Of a stretch of DNA of 17,463 nucleotides, positions 10,990 to 17,463 are shown in pieces. Within the stretch, counting starts at the first letter, position 1. Every line of letters starts with the position of its first letter. The position numbers were made by a program, and so were the translations under genes. Origin of the DNA: Ginkgo biloba (Eukaryota; Plantae; Ginkgophyta); the NCBI GenBank assembly GCA_024626585.2, contig JANKJI020000002.1, positions 12,099,428 through 12,116,890 on the forward strand, given 5' to 3'. The notes beneath the pieces were generated by a model. The model was not told the origin of the DNA and ran no database searches. It worked only from the letters and a program-made list of their open reading frames with translations.

Positions 10990-11062
10990 AAACATACCCT
11001 CGAACCTGCAAACCCCCCTTAAAAGAATGCCACACTTGCACCCACGAAACCTGGTAACCATG
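10990..11062. mobile_element. Possible hAT-like DNA transposon/MITE terminus abutting the gypsy fragment
   Basis: A very AT-rich body is followed by C-rich subterminal motifs (CGAACC, GCACCC, CGAAACC) ending GGTAACCATG, which resembles plant hAT-MITE ends as I recall them. The partner end is not visible because of the gap. Confidence 0.25.
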
Positions 11063-12015
11063 ATTTTTTTCAACATGAAACCCTTGTCGATGAACAAAGG
11101 AAGTGGATTAATAAAATTCAGGCCTTTGATTTTACTATACTCTATAAAAATGGTAAAGAAAATATGGATGTAGATGCATTATGAAGAAAGTATGAAGACA
11201 CCTCCCTTGCAACCATATCAAGAATCGAATCTTGCTAGATAAATAAAGTTCACCAAGAATACTCAAAAGATCCTAAAATTGTCAAGCTGCTTGATGATAT
11301 CCAAAACAAGAAGAAATCTAAAAAATGGACCTGAACAAATGGCACCATTTTATATAAGAAACACACTTATTTGGACAGAAGATCGTGATTCATTACACAA
11401 GCGCTATAGGAATGTCACTCAACACAATTGGTCTAACATGTTGGATTTAGGAAGTCGTATCGTAACATCCGCATAGTGTTATATTGGCCAAAGATGAAAA
11501 ATGACATTATGGAATTCATACTGGATTGTGATGAATGCTAGAGATAAAAAACAAAAATTCTTGTGTCACCAAGTACATTATGGCCCTTACAAATTCTAAA
11601 TCAAAAGTGGGAAAAAATTTCAATGGCCTTGGTACAACACTTCCAAAATCAAAGGCAAGGACACTATATTTGTGGTTGTATATTGTCTAACCAAGTATGC
11701 ACACTTTGGACGAGTTAGCGCAACATATATAACACCTTAAGTCGTTGAANNNNNNNNNNNNNNNNNNNNNNNNNNNNNNTGATCGCAACCCCACGTTTAC
11801 AAGTAATTTCTCGCAAGAATTATTCAGATTAGCATGCATGACCTTTGAGTAGTACTGCCTATCATCATGAAACTAAAGGGTAGACATAACTAGTTAACAA
11901 GTGCATCGAATGATACCTTTGGGTGTACATTAGACATAGAAAGAATAAATGTGCAAAGTGCTACATCTTTCAGAATACTTGTGTAATACAACACACCACA
12001 CAACAACGGGCACGA
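11062..12015 (+). pseudogene. Degenerate Ty3/gypsy pol fragment (end of RNase H, integrase Zn-binding and core domains)
   Basis: It translates, with stops and frameshifts, to EQRKWINKIQAFDFTILYKNGKENMDVDAL*R (the K.N..ADALSR motif), YWPKMKNDIMEFILDCDEC*R, KWEKISM, LPKS..KDTIFVVVYCLTKYAHF, DRNPTFTSNFSQELFRL, STAYHHETKG*T*LVNKCIE*YL and YLCNTTHHTTTG. Confidence 0.92.
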
Positions 12016-13126
12016 NNNNNNNNNNNNNNNNNNNNNNNNNNNNNNNNNNNNNNNNNNNNNNNNNNNNNNNNNNNNNNNNNNNNNNNNNNNNNNNNNNNNN
12101 NNNNNNNNNNNNNNNNNNNNNNNNNNNNNNNNNNNNNNNNNNNNNNNNNNNNNNNNNNNNNNNNNNNNNNNNNNNNNNNNNNNNNNNNNNNNNNNNNNNN
12201 NNNNNNNNNNNNNNNNNNNNNNNNNNNNNNNNNNNNNNNNNNNNNNNNNNNNNNNNNNNNNNNNNNNNNNNNNNNNNNNNNNNNNNNNNNNNNNNNNNNN
12301 NNNNNNNNNNNNNNNNNNNNNNNNNNNNNNNNNNNNNNNNNNNNNNNNNNNNNNNNNNNNNNNNNNNNNNNNNNNNNNNNNNNNNNNNNNNNNNNNNNNN
12401 NNNNNNNNNNNNNNNNNNNNNNNNNNNNNNNNNNNNNNNNNNNNNNNNNNNNNNNNNNNNNNNNNNNNNNNNNNNNNNNNNNNNNNNNNNNNNNNNNNNN
12501 NNNNNNNNNNNNNNNNNNNNNNNNNNNNNNNNNNNNNNNNNNNNNNNNNNNNNNNNNNNNNNNNNNNNNNNNNNNNNNNNNNNNNNNNNNNNNNNNNNNN
12601 NNNNNNNNNNNNNNNNNNNNNNNNNNNNNNNNNNNNNNNNNNNNNNNNNNNNNNNNNNNNNNNNNNNNNNNNNAAATTGTCATCTTGGGCTTGAAACTTT
12701 TAAACAGTAACAAAAAGGTAGAATTTTATCTATTACTTATACTAAATTTGTGGAATAAAATTTAGACAATTATTTTAATCTAATAAAGCAATCGTTAAAA
12801 TGGAATGGAAATGAAAAATAATAAATGCAATAACCAATCAAAGGAATCTAGACTAATTTGCAATTATAAGAGAAATAAAAATTCTATCTAAGAGGCAAAT
12901 CAATGTCAAGTGTTGGATGGGGATCTTTCTATCTAGTGATCATCAAAATCAACTAGAGCACTTTGTGACTATAAGTTTTCTAAACGAAAATTGCCATCTT
13001 AATTCATTGATTTTAAAATTTTATATAGTACAAATAGATTGAAATCCTAATTGTTCTTAACTAGTTATAGTGGCTAGAAGCAATTAATAACTTATAATTA
13101 TTAATTAGAACTTCCTACTACATTTG

Positions 13127-13570
13127 TGTAGATAGCTACCTAAACTATTAGTGCAAATAGGATACCCACACATTGAGTGCAAGTAGACTAACTACCTTGA
13201 TAGTTAGTGTAAGTGGCTATCATAGTATTAAGTTATGTACTCCATATGAAATTCAAGTAGACTTCTTGCACCTTTAGTGAAAGTAGTTATTTATAGACTA
13301 TGATACCTACACCATCATTATAAACAGTTATTTACATGGATCTAGCTATATATTCCATCGTTGTAAGTAGCCACTTACATATAAAATGTAAACAAACTAC
13401 TTGGATCTTAGGTGAAAGTAATTATTTACATAGGCTAGGTTATCTATACCACCACTATAGGTAGCTATATGCATATAAGATAGAAGTAGTACCAACACCT
13501 TACATGTAAGTAGCTAATTACATATTAGATGTAAGAAGGATACCTCCACCGTTGATGCAAGTATCTAAGT
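13127..13570. repeat. Degenerate tandem array with a 25-26 bp period and palindromic core TGTAAGTAGCTACTTACA
   Basis: Units start at 13127, 13152, 13178, 13208 ... 13362, 13387, 13413 ... 13505, 13530 and 13556. The best copies are TGTAAGTAGCCACTTACA (13362) and TGTAAGTAGCTAATTACA (13505). Confidence 0.7.
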
Positions 13571-16368
13571 ATTTATATTATTAGTATAACTTACATATTT
13601 TATTTGAGTAGAAATCAATGATCTACATAATGATAATGCCCCATAACACTTAATCAATTGAATTCTACCCAAAGTGTTACAGCAATGCATCATAAACCCC
13701 AAGTTCTTCATAACAGATATACATAATCATCCTTTTACGAAAGTTACATAACAAAGTACACAAGAACATAGCAAATGACGAGACATAAAATGTCTTGTCA
13801 CAAAGAAAGTTGTTAATATCTCCTAAAGGCATCTACTATTACATGTTACAGGCTTACCAATTCAACCAAACAAAGTTGGGCATCATAAGCTCTTAAATGA
13901 CACTTTACTAATGGCTAATGAGCTTAAACAATTGCTCTGAGCTAAGATTTAAGATTAGCTTCTATTATGCTACTTACCCTCTTTTCTTTTTTATTGTAAA
14001 CTCCATTCTTTAATGTTACATGCAAAAGGAGGAATATTATTATAGGATTTCTATTCTTTGCAATAGGAGATATATGTCTTAGAAACACATCCCCTCTAGT
14101 TTTATCTATAGCACAAGCTTTACATTTTACATATAGTTTGCAAGAGAGTTGCAAAAAAACACACAACTAGTTAACAAATATAAATCATATGCGAACATCC
14201 ATGTCACTCCACGCTACCATGATTTAATATGAATATTGACATGATTTCTCTTCTTTAATTTACTCCAATTATGATATATAGATATTACCAATGCCTTAAT
14301 GTCTCTCTCCCTGTTTATATCTGTAAAAGTAGTGTCATGGTTATAATCAACATGATAGTTTTAGTAGTCATCCTAGGTCATGGTTCGTACGTTTATTGAA
14401 CTCTTATTGAATCAGTAAAGCACAAGAGGCTTTGATTGCCAAGTATATCTATGAGCTAGAAAATCCTTTGTCGTTAATGCCAACCCTAGTTGGCATGGTG
14501 AATCAGGCTATTTTGTGAAGCATTCCATTACACTAAATCAAAGATTATCAAGGCAAAAGGCATCCTTTTTCTTGAATGCTCAAGGAATGAAGAAATACAT
14601 GGCTTAGGAAGTGTGTAAGCTTTGCCAAAGGGAGTAGAATAACCCATCAAATATGTTTGCAGTTGATATGATTCTTGTTTGACTTAACTATACTTGACAT
14701 CAATAGCATAGATATGCAATTATTCTATTTTGGCAAGCAACTGGAGCTTAATACAATTAGGAGAGATCTCAATTGTTGCATAATGTCAAATAAATGNNNN
14801 NNNNNNNNNNNNNNNNNNNNNNNNNNNNNNNNNNNNNNNNNNNNNNNNNNNNNNNNNNNNNNNNNNNNNNNNNNNNNNNNNNNNNNNNNNNNNNNNAGTA
14901 AAGAAAAATAGAGGATAGAACAAAGAGAATGGGAACATAATGGAGAGAACAAAATAGAAGATAGAGAATAGAGGGAAGACAGAACATAAGATAGATTAGA
15001 GAGGAGAGACAAGTGGAAGTATTAGAAAAGGAAGAAATGATTACGATGAATCTTCTCAGTTATGAAAATGTTAAAGACAAAATGTTGGGATCAAATAATA
15101 GACAAGCCAAAAAGAAACTTGAAATTTGCCAACCAAAACCTAGAATATGGAAGGTAGAAGGACCATTCTAAAGTCCTCTCCGATGTCCATGCCTTTTTAC
15201 AAATTAACTTTGAGCTTCTCCAAGAATCATTATCAATGAAGCTTAGAGGCATATTTCCGAGTAATTTTGGAACTTGCAAAAGCAAGTATGAGCTCGTTTC
15301 ACTCCCATGCCTTTTCTTGTGTCTGCTTTCATGGATCTATTGTAGAGAATGGTGCTCCTTGAGTCTTTCAAAGGACATTGGAGGATAATTGTTGGCACAA
15401 TAGATGTTATTGTCAGGAATAAGGGTGAAACAATGCAGTCTTCTTAGGGCTTTATTCAAATGTGGCTTGAACTAGCATGGAGATGATTGGTGTTGCTTTG
15501 GATAGATGCACAAGGTGTCTGACAAATTCTTCTTCTAAAAGCCTTGATTTGAGTATTAATTGAAGTATTGGTGACGTGATCTCCTTTGTTTTTGTTTCAA
15601 TCGATATGTCTTTAAGCTTAAGAGTTACATGTAAGAATTTTAGAGTTAGCTAGAGTTTAAAGAATTATCACTAAATGCTAGTGTGGAATCCTAGTATCCA
15701 ATAGATCTTCTTCAATAGATTTGTGTAATAGCCTCGCTTCCTAGCCTTGTATGCTAAATATATTAATTGCTTATATAAAACATAAGTCATCAGAGTGTAA
15801 GGCATGAATAAATAAATCAATGAAGAAATAAAATATTAATTTATATTAAATCATGGAGTACTAATGGTACCAACACATATAAGACTCAAGAGGCTAGATT
15901 GCTAGGNNNNNNNNNNNNNNNNNNNNNNNNNNNNNNNNNNNNNNNNNNNNNNNNNNNNNNNNNNNNNNNNNNNNNNNNNNNNNNNNNNNNNNNNNNNNNN
16001 NNNNNNAAAAAAATAAAATAATACACTTATAGTCTTATACATTCAATCATCATATGTAATTTTTTCTCACCATTTTTTATATTCATATAACAATGAACTT
16101 TTGCACTGAGGAAAAAAAAAGAAAAAATGGATGATGGATTGTCATGATAGCATTAAAATTGTACATAATGGTATGAGGAGTAGAAAGGAATACTATTAAG
16201 AAAATTAAATTAATAATAAACATGGAATCATTTTGCTATGACAATTATTTGCCACGGTTTTGTACTAGTGTAAAATTTAATTTATGTTACGGGCCTATGG
16301 CTAGATGGAGTATTGTAATTTGTACGTTTAATTTGTAATTTATTTGATATTTCAAAAGTTTTATTTTA

Positions 16369-16394
16369 TGTGTGTGTATATATATATATATATA
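16369..16394. repeat. Compound microsatellite (TG)4(TA)9
   Basis: Read directly from the sequence. Confidence 0.85.
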
Positions 16395-16497
16395 ACCGTC
16401 GCCATGTACTGACTCACCCAGGCTTCTTGGGCACTTGAACTGGGGATGCGCTCCCATCCCTTGCGTCCCCTCGTCCCTGTGCACCCATGCTACCTTG
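16395..16497. mobile_element. Possible hAT-like MITE terminus (GC-rich island)
   Basis: An abrupt GC/CpG-rich patch follows an AT-rich stretch, with repeated CGTCCC/CATCCC motifs and the ending GTGCACCCATGCTACCTTG. No TIR pair or TSD was established. Confidence 0.25.
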
Positions 16498-16669
16498 CTA
16501 ATATGTGACAAATAAAACAATAGATACATTGGAAAATAACCCTAAAGGTCTGCAACATTTTATTGAGAAAATATATATTCGAGTTTTTCAACTCCTAGAC
16601 TTCTTGCTCGACAATATTGGCTAAAGACACATAATAACAAGAAACTTTTTCATAAATAAACACCCCATT

Positions 16670-17146
16670 GGGGCCATCTTTTTCAATTCACCAATTTCAC
16701 AAGGCTAGCCCATGGGGCCCACTTCCTTGGGCTTGGTGAGGGTAACTTCGTACATCTTGATCCTCCTGCTCCCCTCCATGCATAGTAATTTGGGCTGAGT
16801 GCTCCATCTGTTTTGATTGAGGATCCAACAAATGGTTGATGACTACATTTTGTGGGTCTTTGATTGAGCTTGAATCTAGCCTCAACTACTTCCTTGGAAA
16901 CGTAGTAACCACAATTTCTCTTGTTTGACCTAATGAATCCATATATTTGTGTTGGCCCTTTACTTGTCTCCTTGGTAGGTGTGTTGGTGTGTTGAACAAG
17001 TGAACATTGAAAACTTGCACCTTATGATTCAATAATGACTTAAGCAAGAGCTCATTGTTTGTTAGAACTTTTGGGATTGATTTATTAAATGATTGTTTTG
17101 TTTGAAAGAATGACAAGGGAAAAGGGAAACTTCTTGTAGGGAACAT
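16670..17146 (-). pseudogene. Decayed LINE (L1-type) ORF2 C-terminal zf-RVT region
   Basis: The ORFs 16886-17146 and 16697-16885 are one frame split by a TAG. KSLLNHKVQVF...TPT.LPRRQVKG...E resembles the zf-RVT pattern KVxxFxW...LPT..LxRR, although the Cys residues are lost. Downstream AL*NW*IEK resembles WxIWxERN with TGG>TGA decay. Confidence 0.4.
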
Positions 17147-17463
17147 TTGGTATTGTATTCAGCAGGGGCTCTAGAGTCGTGAGGACATCACTTTTTGCAA
17201 GACCAATTTCAATTTGATCTTTGTTTACTAATTAATGGTGCAAATACTAGTAGATCATATTAAATGTTTGGTGAGTATGATACATGACGCATTCATAGAA
17301 TAGAAAGGGAATCATGCAATCAAGAGATTTAATGGATAGTGGCGAATCATTGGTATAATGCTTTCACCATTACACCAACTTTCCTCAACGAACGTGAATG
17401 TTGTAGTATAGATAGATAGAAATGCTCAATATATTAATAGAAAGAAAGAAAGAAATTAATTTT

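Noticed and set aside
11923-12765. Long ORFs of 247-280 aa, and other X-filled ORFs such as 3903-4271, 6113-6310 and 14675-15012
   Set aside because: They are artefacts of translating through N gaps.
13127-13570. CRISPR array
   Set aside because: The context is eukaryotic, the repeats are degenerate, the linkers are only 7-8 nt, and there are no cas genes.
14415-14670. LINE ORF2-like remnant (QEALIAKYIY)
   Set aside because: It rests on a single weak motif.
15630-15875. Solo-LTR candidate (TGTAAG...TATATAAA...CAACA)
   Set aside because: The flanking 5-mers do not match as a TSD and there is no PBS or PPT.

Overview
AT-rich eukaryotic DNA from a gapped draft scaffold with 11 N-runs, six of them exactly 100 N and so probably of unknown true size. 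It is not prokaryotic: there are GT-AG introns and decayed plant-type retroelements. The layout of a few exons followed by a very long TE-filled stretch suggests a large-genome seed plant, possibly a gymnosperm (inference). Positions 673-3031 hold three + strand coding segments of one host gene. It encodes a disordered Ser/Thr-Pro-rich protein with the motifs PSPLVSW, LFxLTP, repeated SLxxKY...SPPKTCxL, GExTLRRELW and KGFL. From memory and unverified, these match the uncharacterised plant family of Arabidopsis At5g12930. From about 3032 to the end the window is a probable giant intron or intergenic region made of TE relics: two diverged LTR-like copies, a minus-strand copia-type 3' LTR with PPT, a LINE-like piece with a poly(A) tail, a Ty3/gypsy RNaseH-integrase pseudogene, a LINE zf-RVT relic and possible hAT-like ends. 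It also holds a degenerate array of an 18-bp palindrome. I see no convincing new biological system. The best leads are the motif-repeat architecture, interruption and C-terminal extension of the host gene, the palindromic array, and a possible ORF2-less LINE derivative.
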